This document shows, one piece after another, positions 24,209-34,916 of a stretch of DNA of 64,000 bases. Position 1 is the first letter of the stretch; each line of letters begins with the position of its first letter. Position numbers and translations under genes: made by a program. The notes below the pieces were generated by a model. The model was given only the letters and a program-made list of their open reading frames with translations, did no database searches and was not told the origin of the DNA. Origin of the DNA: Clostridia bacterium (GTDB lineage: Bacteria > Bacillota > Clostridia > JAAYHZ01); assembly GCA_050950825.1 (NCBI GenBank), contig JBMNIH010000003.1, forward strand, positions 333,117 to 397,116, given 5' to 3'.

Positions 24209-24835
24209 CTATGCTCCGCCGTCCAAAACCAAGCTTACGGATCGGGGAAACGGATTGTCAAACTTGAAATGCCCGGCATATTCTTCCCGAAGCTCTCCGT
24301 TGATCTTAAATACTACGGATTGAATATCCTTCAATTCGGTGAGGGAGTTTACAATGGAATAGATGGTCAGCGCCTCTAATGTTTTTCCGCCTGGATGATT
24401 TTCCACAAAAGCATCGTTTAAGTTCACAATGGCCTTATCTCCGTCGATTTCCACCGTGTCCAGCAAAGCACTGTCTTCCGGTATGACGGCTTTTAAATCC
24501 GAATCGGAAGGACCAAGCAGCAATTGGTTCACAATAGCCGTAGCAAGGCTTGCGGTGCTTTTGGCCGCTTCTTCAATGGGAATGTACCGAACCTCCGTGG
24601 CAAGTCCCGTCAAATCCTCGTTACCGAAATACAGATAAACGGGAACTCTCTGAGGCTTTAAGGTTTCATTGGATACGGCGGATATCCCGCTGACAGGAGC
24701 CGTTTCTTCCCCCCCTAGAGTAAAAACAAGTACGGCCGTCACCGCGCAAGCGACAATCAGCAATCCGGCCAGATAGTATTTCAGATTTTTTCTTAAGTTC
24801 AACCGGGCCAACCGATTTTTTAACATTTTTATCAT
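24209..24835 (-). CDS. GerMN-domain protein (spore germination GerM-like)
   Basis: N-terminal TM anchor plus GerMN-like domain. Confidence 0.6.
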   Translation of the reverse strand: MIKMLKNRLARLNLRKNLKYYLAGLLIVACAVTAVLVFTLGGEETAPVSGISAVSNETLKPQRVPVYLYFGNEDLTGLATEVRYIPIEEAAKSTASLATAIVNQLLLGPSDSDLKAVIPEDSALLDTVEIDGDKAIVNLNDAFVENHPGGKTLEALTIYSIVNSLTELKDIQSVVFKINGELREEYAGHFKFDNPFPRSVSLVLDGGA

Positions 24836-24968
24836 CCTGCCTTTCTACCGATAATATTGGAATCATGTCAAAGACTATCTAATTATTATGCCTTCCCCTT
24901 CCCTATTATTCTTTTAAAAAAGGACAGGAATTTATAAAATTTACGGCAGGATGAAAAAATCTAAAAAA

Positions 24969-26765
24969 TCAAGCTGCGGACTCCCCTTCCTCCGGCTTAT
25001 CGATGTAGTAGGAGAACTGCGCATTTTGGTATTTTGTCAGCCATTCCTCATAAGTCATATCTTTTTTCAAGTTCGCATAGATGGCTTCCCAAACCCTTCG
25101 ATCCGAACAGTTGTAATCCCAAGAACAAACCCCCGCCAAGTTATACTTAAGCACCAAGGAGGTCTTGTAGTTTAAAGAGTTCTCGTCTTCGATCCACATT
25201 CTGTACAAGGAATCCCCTTCTCGGTATTCCAAATAGAATTGCTTGCTCACGTCGTCCCAAGTGATGGATGCGCCTTCGCTGGCTTTTGCAATGTTCCGCA
25301 TACCTTGGATGGAAGGTGTTTTTGCGGTTTTGACCGAAACCTTGCCGTCGGTTGTTACGGTTTCCTCCCAAAGCCTTGAATAAAACGGTATGCCTAAAAG
25401 CAGCTTTTCATTGGGCACCATTTCCAAGGTCCTTCTCAGGCGGTTTTCCACCCATACGTATTGGGCTACGGAGCCTGCAACCGGGCTGCCGTGCCAGTGC
25501 TGGTCGTAAGTCATCAGCATGACGTAATCCATAATTTCGCCTAAGGCTTGGTGATCATAACACAAGGAATAGGTATCGCTTCCGTCCGGTACGCCTACGT
25601 CGATGGATACCGTCAGTCCCTGTTCTTTTAACAAAGGCACCGCTTCTCGCATTAATTGGGTCAGCATATCCTTGTCTTGCTTTAACACGTTTTCAAAATC
25701 AAAATTAATCCCGTCCACTTCGTATAAAGAAGCAAAAACAAGAAGCTGCCGAATCAGGTTTTCCCGCGCTTCCGTGCTGTTTAAAAGCCGGCTTGTTTCT
25801 TGGGCGTCGGAAAAATTGTTTACCACCATGGCCCACACCTTGTATCCCTGTTCATGGGCCCATCTTGTGTAATTCAGGTCGGCTATGTTTTTTAAGTTTC
25901 CGTGTTCGTCGATCACCTCGAACCATCGAGGAGACAAAACGTCCAATCCGTCAATTTTTTCTACTCCGGTCATGTCGGGTGTGCCGGAATACATGCTGTG
26001 CCAGGACAAGCTGATTTTCCCGGTTTCCGGTTTCCAAGAAAAATCCCGAGGAGGAACGTAAGGTATATGGATCACGGTTACCCAACTGACACCCACGTCA
26101 TCCTTTTGAACATACCCTACGGTCCCGTTGTCCAGCCGTACTTTGTACCAATCCTTGTATTCTTCAAAAACCCTCATGGTATCGCCGAAGCTCAATACGG
26201 CCAGCACTTCTCTTTTAATAGACCGGCCGTTTCTTAAATAGGCTTTTTCGGTGATCACGCGAGCTTCTTGGACCATCCGGTTCAAATAGTCAATGATAAC
26301 AATATCGCTTTCACGGACATAGCGGATTTCGATGCTGTAAAATTCTTTTAAAAACTCGATGGGTACGTATACCTTGTTATTGATCTCCGTAACCGGTATA
26401 TCCAATTTCACCGGATTGTTGTTGATATAGGCTTGGAGCTTTTCCGTTTCCATTCGTATGACTTTGTCTTTCGTGGTCACGGTGAGTTTTTTCTCTTTGG
26501 CATCCCACAGGATATTTTTATCGATATAGGTGCGAACGGCTTCCACGGGCAACAGAATGCGGTCTTGGTAGAATAGCGGATTCATGGATTTCGGCGCTTT
26601 TTCCGCTCCTACCATTAAGATGGTTTCGGTATGATCAAAAGGATCGATCATGCTCGTGACCGGCACATATCGATCCACATACGCTTGGTATACGGTTTTA
26701 ACCGCAAGATAAGACCCTCCGGCAATAAAAACGAGAAGAAGAATTAAAACAAGTGCTTTTTTCAC
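24969..26765 (-). CDS. GH18 family glycoside hydrolase-like protein with N-terminal stalk domain (YaaH/YdhD-like)
   Basis: GH18 catalytic motif DGINFDFE; N-terminal signal anchor; GTG start. Confidence 0.7.
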   Translation of the reverse strand: MKKALVLILLLVFIAGGSYLAVKTVYQAYVDRYVPVTSMIDPFDHTETILMVGAEKAPKSMNPLFYQDRILLPVEAVRTYIDKNILWDAKEKKLTVTTKDKVIRMETEKLQAYINNNPVKLDIPVTEINNKVYVPIEFLKEFYSIEIRYVRESDIVIIDYLNRMVQEARVITEKAYLRNGRSIKREVLAVLSFGDTMRVFEEYKDWYKVRLDNGTVGYVQKDDVGVSWVTVIHIPYVPPRDFSWKPETGKISLSWHSMYSGTPDMTGVEKIDGLDVLSPRWFEVIDEHGNLKNIADLNYTRWAHEQGYKVWAMVVNNFSDAQETSRLLNSTEARENLIRQLLVFASLYEVDGINFDFENVLKQDKDMLTQLMREAVPLLKEQGLTVSIDVGVPDGSDTYSLCYDHQALGEIMDYVMLMTYDQHWHGSPVAGSVAQYVWVENRLRRTLEMVPNEKLLLGIPFYSRLWEETVTTDGKVSVKTAKTPSIQGMRNIAKASEGASITWDDVSKQFYLEYREGDSLYRMWIEDENSLNYKTSLVLKYNLAGVCSWDYNCSDRRVWEAIYANLKKDMTYEEWLTKYQNAQFSYYIDKPEEGESAA

Positions 26766-26810
26766 AACATGACCCCACTGTATATCCGTTATTAATTAAT
26801 AAAACAATAC

Positions 26811-27314
26811 TTAAGATATGAAAACGTTTCTCGGAGCTTTTTTTCGGAAATCCTGCAGCATTCTTTCGTTCGGTTCAAAGAAAAGAATGGTTCTTTCTCC
26901 TTTGTAAGGAGCAACCAAAAAGTATACGTCCTCGGATTCCATATGGGAAACCGCTTCGATCTTTTTTTGTATGGACTTGTATTCACCCGTGTACTTTTCG
27001 CTCTTTAGCTTGGCCAAAATCTCCAAGTCCTTGCCTTCAATGGATAAAAGTCTTATTCTCTTTCTCTTGGCGATAATTTTATCCACGTCCAAGTCGCCGT
27101 TTGTTACCGAATACTCGTATTCGACATGCCTTGCGGATATGAGATAAAACAGCCCGTATCCGATTCCGATTACCAAAAGCGGCGTCAGCATGCCCAAATT
27201 TAAAAACACCGTTAAAAATATCAAGAAAAACGCCGCTACTATCAGGCCGACGACAATTAAAAGATCTTGCATATCATAACGTTTTTTCACAATTTTCTCA
27301 TTGAAAATATCCAT
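26811..27314 (-). CDS. Hypothetical membrane protein
   Basis: 167 aa, two predicted TM helices near the N-terminus; no recognisable motif. Confidence 0.5.
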   Translation of the reverse strand: MDIFNEKIVKKRYDMQDLLIVVGLIVAAFFLIFLTVFLNLGMLTPLLVIGIGYGLFYLISARHVEYEYSVTNGDLDVDKIIAKRKRIRLLSIEGKDLEILAKLKSEKYTGEYKSIQKKIEAVSHMESEDVYFLVAPYKGERTILFFEPNERMLQDFRKKAPRNVFIS

Positions 27315-27437
27315 ATATAATTAATCCCCCGAATCATTTGAATCTGGAAGAATCGAAAAGACATTCGCTTCTTGCGATTATTAATCATTATACATGATTT
27401 GAGAAAGGTTGTCCGGTAAAAATATATCCTTCATCCG

Positions 27438-28355
27438 TCAAGGCCGTAAGTAAAGCTTTTCTACCGTTTCCTTGTCCACAACTCCGATTTCTTCAAAGGT
27501 TGCGTTCGAAGCGGCGCAAGCCGTGGCAAAGCGCAGCATGTCGAAAGGCTTGTACCCTCTTTGTAGTCCGACGGCCAAGCCTGCCGTCATGGCGTCGCCG
27601 CAGCCGATGGTATTGACCGCGTTCACGGAAAAAGCCTTCATAAAATGGATTTGATCTTCAAAGGACAAAAACGCTCCTTCCGATCCCATGGAAACGCATA
27701 CATACGAAATGCCTTTTTCCCGAAGACGTCCGCAATATTCCGCTATTTGTTCCTTGCCGGGCTTTTCATTTCCCATTAATGCACCCATTTCCCGAACATT
27801 GGGCTTGATCGCCGTCGGACCTGCTTCGATCCCCTTTTCGAGAGGTTGTCCGGATGCATCCAAAACGGTGTATTTTCCAAGATCCTTCGCAAAAAGTATG
27901 AGCGTTTTGTAAATATCCGGATCAACGCCCTTCGGAAGGCTTCCGCTTAACACAACCACCGAAGCCTCCTCCACGGCTTTTTTTGCCGTCTCGAAAAATT
28001 CATCGATTTTTTGAGGCGGTATCAAAGGCCCCGGTTCGGTAATTTCCGTTTCTTTCCCGGTTTTCAAATCCATAATGTTGACGGTGGTTCTGGTTTCTTG
28101 GTTTTCCAGCCAAACCGGTTTCGTCCGGACACCGCGGCCGTCCAAGTCGGATATAATGTATCGGCCGGCGGCTCCTGCGAAAAAGCCGGTAAGACAAACC
28201 GGCTCCTCCAAAGCGGCAACAACCTTCGCTACATTGACCCCTTTTCCTCCGGCGGAAACAAGAATCTTTTGCCCGCGGTTTAACGTCCCGGTTTTCAATT
28301 CCTGCACATACACGATGCGGTCCAAACAAGGATTCAAGGATACGGCTAATATCAC
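27438..28355 (-). CDS. PfkB-family sugar-phosphate kinase (1-phosphofructokinase / tagatose-6-phosphate kinase-like)
   Basis: 305 aa; ribokinase fold with C-terminal GCGDAMTAG; GTG start. Confidence 0.8.
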   Translation of the reverse strand: MILAVSLNPCLDRIVYVQELKTGTLNRGQKILVSAGGKGVNVAKVVAALEEPVCLTGFFAGAAGRYIISDLDGRGVRTKPVWLENQETRTTVNIMDLKTGKETEITEPGPLIPPQKIDEFFETAKKAVEEASVVVLSGSLPKGVDPDIYKTLILFAKDLGKYTVLDASGQPLEKGIEAGPTAIKPNVREMGALMGNEKPGKEQIAEYCGRLREKGISYVCVSMGSEGAFLSFEDQIHFMKAFSVNAVNTIGCGDAMTAGLAVGLQRGYKPFDMLRFATACAASNATFEEIGVVDKETVEKLYLRP

Positions 28356-28383
28356 GATATCATCTCCACGGATTCCATATTTT

Positions 28384-29721
28384 TTAGCTTCTCGCCACTT
28401 GGATCATAATGGCACATTCGATTCGTTTTTTCTGCAAGGTGCAGGCAATCTTATCCGGCTTGAAAATATCGCCGTTGGTATAATAGGCGTTGGCATGACA
28501 GCCTCCGGAGCAAAAATATTTCGCCCAGCACCCTTTACAGTCTTCTTTTCCGAATACATGGGCGGAGGCAAACTTAAGCTGCATCTGCCTGTCGGTAATT
28601 CCGGTTTCCAAGTCTCCGATGGCAAATTCCTCTTGCCCTACGAACTGATGGCAAGGATAGATTTTCCCGTCGGGAGCAACGGCTACATACTCGGTTCCGG
28701 ATCCGCAAGCGGTAATTCTTTTGGAAAGACAAGGTCCGTCGTAAATATCGATATTAAAATGATAGAACCGGTAATCCGTATCATCTTTTGCGTACTCAAT
28801 CGCAAATTTTTCGTATTCTCTTAAAATATCATCCAAATCTTCTTCTTTAATATGGAAGGATTCCCCCTTCCCGGTCACGGGCTCGATGGAAATTTCACGA
28901 AAACCCAAAGAACGGATATGGCGTACGTCCTCGGAAAAGTCCTTGTTCAAAGACGTAAAGGTACCTCGTATGAAATACGGTTTGCCTTTGCGATTATCCG
29001 TAATCTTTTTGGCGTTTTTCACGATTTGCTCGTAAGTCCCTTTTCCGGCTGCGTTCTTTCGCATCCGGTCGTTCACGCTCTTTCGGCCGTCCAAGCTGAT
29101 TACGATATTTCCCATATGCTCGTTCAAAAATTCCGCTTGCTCTTCCGTAACGTGGACGGCATTGGTGGTCATGGTGAAGAAGAATTTTTTCCCGAATTTT
29201 TCTTCCAAGCTTTTTCCGTATTCTACCGCCGCTTTCACAACGTCAAAATTCATTAAAGGCTCTCCGCCGAAGAAATCCACCTCGATGTTTTTCCGCCTCC
29301 CGGAGTGCTCGACCAAATAATCCAACGCCTTTAAGGCGATTTCCTTGGACATTAACGATCGGCCGGTTTTGTAATCTCCCTTCGAGGCAAAGCAATATTC
29401 GCAGCGGAGATTGCAGTCATGAGCTACATGAAGACATATGGCTTTAAGCCCTTTGTAAAGGCTTAATTCCGGGTCCAAAGCAATTTGGGGGTCCTCCGAA
29501 TACAACACCCCTTCATCGTAAAGCTCTTTAATCTCCTGCCAGACGTCGGTCAAGCGATCTTCCGTATTCCTTCCTTTGAAAAGACTCAGTACCTGCTCCT
29601 TTGTCGGCATCGTATCAAAGGCATTTAATATTTCATAAGTTATATCATCGGTTACATGAATACTGCCGGAGTTGACATCCAGCACGATATTGTAACCGTT
29701 CATTTTATAGGTATGTATCAT
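28384..29721 (-). CDS. Radical SAM / SPASM-domain peptide-modifying enzyme (SCIFF-maturase-like)
   Basis: CNLRCEYC (CxxxCxxC) after a ~100-aa N-terminal domain; Cys-rich C-terminal SPASM region; start set at MIHTYK (ATG 29721, GGAG upstream). Confidence 0.75.
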   Translation of the reverse strand: MIHTYKMNGYNIVLDVNSGSIHVTDDITYEILNAFDTMPTKEQVLSLFKGRNTEDRLTDVWQEIKELYDEGVLYSEDPQIALDPELSLYKGLKAICLHVAHDCNLRCEYCFASKGDYKTGRSLMSKEIALKALDYLVEHSGRRKNIEVDFFGGEPLMNFDVVKAAVEYGKSLEEKFGKKFFFTMTTNAVHVTEEQAEFLNEHMGNIVISLDGRKSVNDRMRKNAAGKGTYEQIVKNAKKITDNRKGKPYFIRGTFTSLNKDFSEDVRHIRSLGFREISIEPVTGKGESFHIKEEDLDDILREYEKFAIEYAKDDTDYRFYHFNIDIYDGPCLSKRITACGSGTEYVAVAPDGKIYPCHQFVGQEEFAIGDLETGITDRQMQLKFASAHVFGKEDCKGCWAKYFCSGGCHANAYYTNGDIFKPDKIACTLQKKRIECAIMIQVARS

Positions 29722-29874
29722 TTTCCTTCTCCAAAACATTTATTGTCTGTCCATTATACATGACTTTGCCTTGCAGGTAAAGTATCGGAAAATCATGCCG
29801 GAAAACGGTATAAAAAAAGAAACACAATCTTTTAAAAAAGATCATGTTTCCTTGTAGGATCTAAGCCAAACTAA

Positions 29875-29903
29875 TTTTATCAATAGTTATTTTATCAATA
29901 GTT
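29875..29903. repeat. Tandem direct repeat TTTTATCAATAGTT x2 (15-bp period)
   Basis: Identical 14-mers at 29875-29888 and 29890-29903, upstream of the radical SAM gene and overlapping the stop of the upstream ORF. Confidence 0.8.
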
Positions 29904-31179
29904 TTTTCTTGCGTATTCGTCGGCCTTGTCAATCATAGCCTGGTGCTGTTGGTCTACGCGATTGGTGCTATGGGTTTTGCTCATATAGAAGTGAACGTCG
30001 AAAACGCCGTGCATGTTATTTCCTTTTACCGCGTCCAAGTTATCCCCGTATCCGTAGGCCGCCGCTTCGATCATAGACCTTGACGGCGGAAGGCTTGTCA
30101 TCCCGCCCCGCATGAGGCATTCCCGCCATGGAAGCCGCAATATAGGTATCGCCTACGATAAGGATAATGGCTCTTCTTTCCCAACTGAAGCTGCCGCCAA
30201 ACACGCTTTTCATAATGGCGGTATCTTGAGCCGTTAACGTTTCGGTATCGGCATGATTGTAACCGAAGGTTCTTTTGACCTGAAACGTTTTACCGGTGTC
30301 GATATCCAAAACGGTAGCAACCGTTCCGATTTTGAAAATGTTTTGCGCTTGACTCCAAGGAATCTTAAAAGTATTGTTGGACGGAGAAGAATAGCTTGCA
30401 GCCAAAGCACTTTGGCCGGTTACGGTCGTGACTTTTCCGGCGATAATGTCTTGAATCAACGAGTAGGTTTCCGCACCTACCACACCGTCGCTCACTTTAC
30501 CGTACTTGTATTGAAGATTCTTCACCGCTTGCTCCGTATAGGAACCGAAATAGCCCGTACACGTACCGGAAAAATAGCCGATTAACTTCAAATTTTCTTG
30601 TAAGGCTTTTACTTCCGCTCCGGACATTCCTTTTTTCAAAACGACGTTCCGATATGTTTGTGCCGTAAGAGCTCTTTTGATTGTTTCCGCCGTTTTTGAC
30701 CCTACCACACCGTCACTGTACAAATTATATGCTCTTTGGAAAGCCTTTACGGCATTTTCGGTTGCTTCTCCGAAATACCCGGTTGCATTACCGCTAAAAT
30801 ACCCTAACGCTTTCAAGTCCTCCTGCAATTGAGAAACATCATCGCCGGATAAGCCTTCCTTTAGGGTTCGGCTATAGGATTCATTTCGCTCCAGCAATGA
30901 ACGGATTAAAGACAACGTCTGAGACCCTGCGATTCCGTCTTGTATGTACCCGTTACTACCTTGCAGTTTTTTCACCGCTTGTTCTGTCACATCACCATAA
31001 TATCCCGTGCACTCCTCTTGGAAATACCCCAATTTCTTTAAATCTCTCTGGAGCTGCACTACTTGTTCCCCACTCATTCCTTTTTGCAGGAGAGTCGATG
31101 CTGATACTTTGGAACCGATCGGCACTGTCAGAAGCACCAAGGATAAAATACAGGCCGCGGCTCCTTTCGCTTTTAGCAT
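29895..31179 (-). pseudogene. Secreted protein with three peptidoglycan-binding repeats and a C-terminal domain of unknown family; apparent frameshift
   Basis: ORF 30040..31188 carries three LxxGxxGxxVxxLQxxLKxLGYF repeats; a protein-like continuation lies in another frame (29895..30140) across a G-run near 30105-30125. Confidence 0.6.
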
Positions 31180-31414
31180 TCGCGACAACCCCCTTGTATA
31201 TAATTGTTGTCCATATTATAGCACAATAGGATAACCTGCGAAAGTTTCTAGGGGGGTGAAAAATTTTCCATGCAGATTCTTAATCGTTTTGAAATATGTC
31301 TGTAATATTTCACCCGAATTTTTCCGGATCCGAAAAATATGTAAGGCAAAAGCGCTAAATGCTTTTGCCTTGCTGTTTTTGAAGGGTTTTAAATCTCCTG
31401 AAAACCGGTTTACG

Positions 31415-32221
31415 TTAATTGCCGATAAATTGCTGAACAAACACTTTTCCGTACCGGTCGCTCTTGCATATGCCGATGCCGATATACTTGTAATCCGGAT
31501 TCAATATATTGCTTTTGTTACCTTCCTTCTTCATCCATGCCTTGAATGCGCCTTCCACCGTTTTGTTTCCGGCAATGTTTTCACCGGCGGAACGAAACTC
31601 CAGTTTATGTTCCTTCATCATATCAAAAGGTGAACCGTATTTCGGAGACTGATGAGAAAAGTAGTTGTTTTCCACCATGTCATTGGCTTTCAATCTTGCC
31701 GTTTCCATCAACGTTTCATGAACTTCCAAAGGAGGCAGCTTCGCTTTTGCTCTTTCGGCGTTGACCAAATCGAGCATGGCCTGTTCGTCCTTGCTCAGCT
31801 TGAGTTTCTTTAACACCGGCTCGTCGTCTTCCGTGTTACCGTCATCGCCCCCGGATTTTTCGGAATCGTTCTTGCTTGCCGGAACTTCCGCACTTACTTC
31901 CTCTTCCAGCATGACGTAGTTGCTGTTTACCGTTCCTAAGCAACCGGTATTTTCGTCATAAACCGCATACCATTCGCCTATTTGTGCCAAAACCCACACC
32001 CTGTCTCCGGCTTTCAATACCTGCAGCACTTCGTAATCGGTAGAGGGTCCTTGGCGTACATTTAAATAATCGGCAACTACGACTCCTACGGATGAAGTCA
32101 TTCCCCTGAACACGGGTAAATCAACTTCTTGATCCGCATTTTGTGCCATTGCCGGTAAACCCGTTAAGGTCACTGCAATGCTTAGAAGCAGCAGTAATAA
32201 GAAAAGAACTTTTTTGTTCAT
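31415..32221 (-). CDS. Secreted SH3b plus CAP/SCP (YkwD-like) domain protein
   Basis: Signal peptide, SH3-like segment, acidic linker, CAP-like C-terminus. Confidence 0.65.
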   Translation of the reverse strand: MNKKVLFLLLLLLSIAVTLTGLPAMAQNADQEVDLPVFRGMTSSVGVVVADYLNVRQGPSTDYEVLQVLKAGDRVWVLAQIGEWYAVYDENTGCLGTVNSNYVMLEEEVSAEVPASKNDSEKSGGDDGNTEDDEPVLKKLKLSKDEQAMLDLVNAERAKAKLPPLEVHETLMETARLKANDMVENNYFSHQSPKYGSPFDMMKEHKLEFRSAGENIAGNKTVEGAFKAWMKKEGNKSNILNPDYKYIGIGICKSDRYGKVFVQQFIGN

Positions 32222-32343
32222 ACCATCCCTCCGTTATACAAATTTGGTACAAATTGTTCGTCCAAATATAGTATTGACAATATATAGAATATTATTAGCC
32301 AAAATTTGAAATTTTTTCACACGGAGGGATTTTTCAAATATTT

Positions 32344-34044
32344 TTATTCTCCCTTAACGAAGGCGATCGCGGATTCGATGGCTTCTTCCGTCGTAAGCTC
32401 GGTAAATCCGTCTTCCTTCCTCAGCTTATACTCCACTCGACCTTCCTTCGCTTTTTTACCTACGGTTATTCGAACGGGGAATCCGATCAGGTCCGCATCC
32501 TTGAACTTGACTCCCGGTCTTTCGCTGCGGTCGTCCCAAAGAACCTCCACGCCTTTTTCCGTAAGCTCGTTATAAATTTTTTCCGACAGAGCTTTTTGTT
32601 CTTCGTCCTCCATGCTTACCGTCACAATCACGACATGGTAGGGAGCTATGGATACCGGCCAAATAATGCCGTATTCGTCGTGGTTTTGCTCGATAACGGA
32701 AGCCATGGTACGGCCTACGCCGATTCCGTAGCAGCCCATGATCATCGGCTTTTCTTTTCCGTTTTCATCTAAAAAGGTGCAATGCAAGGCTTCGGAGTAT
32801 TTGGTTCCTAACTTGAAGATATGTCCTACTTCAATGCCTCGCGCCACACTGATTTTGGCTCCGCAGACGGGGCAAGGATCTCCTTCCGTAATCGTTCGCA
32901 AATCGACAATTTCCTTCGTCTCGAAATCGCGGCCGAAATTCACGTTTTTGTAATGGTACCCGGTATCGTTCGCCCCGGTAATAAAGTTTTTCATGTAGGG
33001 GATTTCCAAATCCACGATCAATCTTGTTTTTAATCCTACGGGACCTGCAAAACCCACTTGGGCTTTGGTTTCTTTTTGTACCGTCTCTTCGTCGGCCAAT
33101 GCCAGCTCGTTGCATTTCAGATAATTCTTAAGCTTCGTTTCATTTACGTCCCGATCTCCTCGAACCATAACGGCTACCGTTTGGTCGTCGGCTTTATACA
33201 AAAGAGTTTTTCCGAATCGAGAGGGCGTACAGCCGAAAAAGCCTACCAAATCCTCAATGGTTTTTACGTCGGGCGTAGCCACCTTTTCCATGGGGGCAAA
33301 AGGCGAATTGTCTTCTTCGGGAACCGGCTTGCATTCGGCCTTTTCATCGTTGGCCGCATAACCGCAGGCCTCGCAAAAAGCCAATACCGATTCGCCGATT
33401 TCGGATTTCACCGTAAATTCTTCGGAGCCGGAGCCTCCCATGGCGCCACTGTCGGCTTGCACCACGGTGTAATCCAGGTTTAACCGGTCAAATATTCTGC
33501 AATATGCGTCCCGCATAGCCTGATAGGATTGATCCAACCCTTTTTCGTCACGGTCGAAGCTGTAAGCGTCTTTCATAACGAATTCTCGGCAGCGCATAAC
33601 GCCAAAGCGAGGACGGATTTCATCTCGGAACTTCGTTTGGATCTGGTAAAGAGTGATGGGAAGAGATTTGTAGGATTTAATTTCGTTACGTACGGTCGTG
33701 GTAAACACTTCTTCGTGGGTCGGCCCTAAGCAAAAGTCGCGGCCGCCGCGATCCTTCAATCGGAACATTTCGGGACCGAACACTTCCCATCTGCCGGATT
33801 CCATATATGCTTCGGCAGGCAACAGAGCGGACATGATCAATTCCTGCGCTCCGCTTCGGTCCATTTCTTCACGAATAATATTTTCAACTTTTTTTAAAGC
33901 CCTTAAGCCCAAAGGCAAATACGAATAAATGCCGGATGCCAATTTCCTCATCAGCCCTGCTCTTAACATCAGCCGGTGGCTGGCGATTTCCGCTTCGGCA
34001 GGCACTTGCCGTAATGTGGGCATGAACAGCCTTGATGCTTTCAT
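32344..34044 (-). CDS. proS: Prolyl-tRNA synthetase (bacterial type with editing insert)
   Basis: Start at [10 protein letters not shown] (ATG 34044, GGAGG RBS); class II motifs. Confidence 0.95.
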   Translation of the reverse strand: MKASRLFMPTLRQVPAEAEIASHRLMLRAGLMRKLASGIYSYLPLGLRALKKVENIIREEMDRSGAQELIMSALLPAEAYMESGRWEVFGPEMFRLKDRGGRDFCLGPTHEEVFTTTVRNEIKSYKSLPITLYQIQTKFRDEIRPRFGVMRCREFVMKDAYSFDRDEKGLDQSYQAMRDAYCRIFDRLNLDYTVVQADSGAMGGSGSEEFTVKSEIGESVLAFCEACGYAANDEKAECKPVPEEDNSPFAPMEKVATPDVKTIEDLVGFFGCTPSRFGKTLLYKADDQTVAVMVRGDRDVNETKLKNYLKCNELALADEETVQKETKAQVGFAGPVGLKTRLIVDLEIPYMKNFITGANDTGYHYKNVNFGRDFETKEIVDLRTITEGDPCPVCGAKISVARGIEVGHIFKLGTKYSEALHCTFLDENGKEKPMIMGCYGIGVGRTMASVIEQNHDEYGIIWPVSIAPYHVVIVTVSMEDEEQKALSEKIYNELTEKGVEVLWDDRSERPGVKFKDADLIGFPVRITVGKKAKEGRVEYKLRKEDGFTELTTEEAIESAIAFVKGE

Positions 34045-34065
34045 GATTACCTCCTGGTTTTTCAT

Positions 34066-34320
34066 ATATAAATAAAGCCCCTTGTATTAAAATTTATACA
34101 AGGGGCGAATTAGCCGCGGTACCACCCTTCTTGAAACACGTAAAAATACGTGTTTCCACTCCTTCGCATTATCGCTGCGTAAACGTCGGTTATTTCATAA
34201 ACCGCTTCTCAGGGGTGGGAAGACGTATAACTCGTAAGAAAAACTCTCACCTTGCTTTTTCTCGCTGTATTACGGTACTTATACTCTATTCCCCGTCATC
34301 GAATGAACAATATCAATTTT
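34066..34320 (-). promoter_or_regulatory. T-box leader (tRNA-sensing riboswitch) of proS
   Basis: Minus strand carries the T-box AAGGGTGGTACCGCGG (34110-34127) followed by terminator hairpin GCCCCTTGTAT...ATACAAGGGGC and a U-run; specifier codon not determined. Confidence 0.8.
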
Positions 34321-34359
34321 TATCAATATATACGAATCATAAAATATTGTCAAATATAT

Positions 34360-34400
34360 TCCCGCTTATTCCTCAAAAAATCGGAGTTTATGCTATAATG
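34360..34400 (+). promoter_or_regulatory. Putative promoter of ispF (extended -10)
   Basis: TGCTATAAT at 34391-34399, about 25 nt upstream of the ispF ATG; no clear -35. Confidence 0.4.
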
Positions 34401-34423
34401 GCGAAAAAGGAGATGAAAAAAAC

Positions 34424-34912
34424 ATGATCAAAGTGGGAATCGGTCAAGACAGCCACCGTTTCGAAGAAAAGCCGTCGGGAAAACCCTTGGTGTTAGGAGG
34501 CCTTATCATACCCCGGCATAAGGCTTTAGACGGAAACAGCGACGCCGACGTGGTTTTGCATGCCTTAACCAATGCCATTTCTTCGGTGACCGGCGTAAAT
34601 ATACTAGGGAAAATCGCAGACGATATGTGCAAATCCGGTATTACGGACAGCAAGGCTTACGTTAAGGAAGCTTTAAAATACATGAACCGTATGACCGTCT
34701 CCCATGTGGCCATCTCCATTGAATGCAAAACTCCGAAGCTTTTCGACCATATTCCTTTGATGAAAAAATCCGTAGCGGACCTTTTGTCCATATCTCCCGA
34801 TTCCGTAGGAATTACCGCAACATCGGGAGAAGGCCTTACGGCATTCGGGCAGGGCTTGGGGATTCAAGCCTTTTGCATCCTGACCGTATTGTGTACTCCC
34901 GAATCCGTATAA
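34424..34912 (+). CDS. ispF: 2-C-methyl-D-erythritol 2,4-cyclodiphosphate synthase
   Basis: 162 aa; IGQDSHRF motif. Confidence 0.9.
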   Translation: MIKVGIGQDSHRFEEKPSGKPLVLGGLIIPRHKALDGNSDADVVLHALTNAISSVTGVNILGKIADDMCKSGITDSKAYVKEALKYMNRMTVSHVAISIECKTPKLFDHIPLMKKSVADLLSISPDSVGITATSGEGLTAFGQGLGIQAFCILTVLCTPESV

Positions 34913-34916
34913 AAAA

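Noticed and set aside
29740-30040. Search for a Cys-rich precursor peptide gene upstream of the radical SAM gene
   Set aside because: All three minus-strand frames translated by hand; none contains the expected Cys-rich C-terminus, so no precursor was called
29895-30140. 81-aa ORF as an independent small gene
   Set aside because: Its N-terminal half overlaps the end of the PG-binding ORF in another frame and its C-terminal half reads like the continuation of that protein; interpreted as a frameshifted continuation
31256-31633. 125-aa plus-strand ORF in the intergenic region upstream of the PG-binding gene
   Set aside because: Overlaps a promoter/terminator region and the 3' end of a minus-strand gene; no RBS; hydrophobic low-complexity translation
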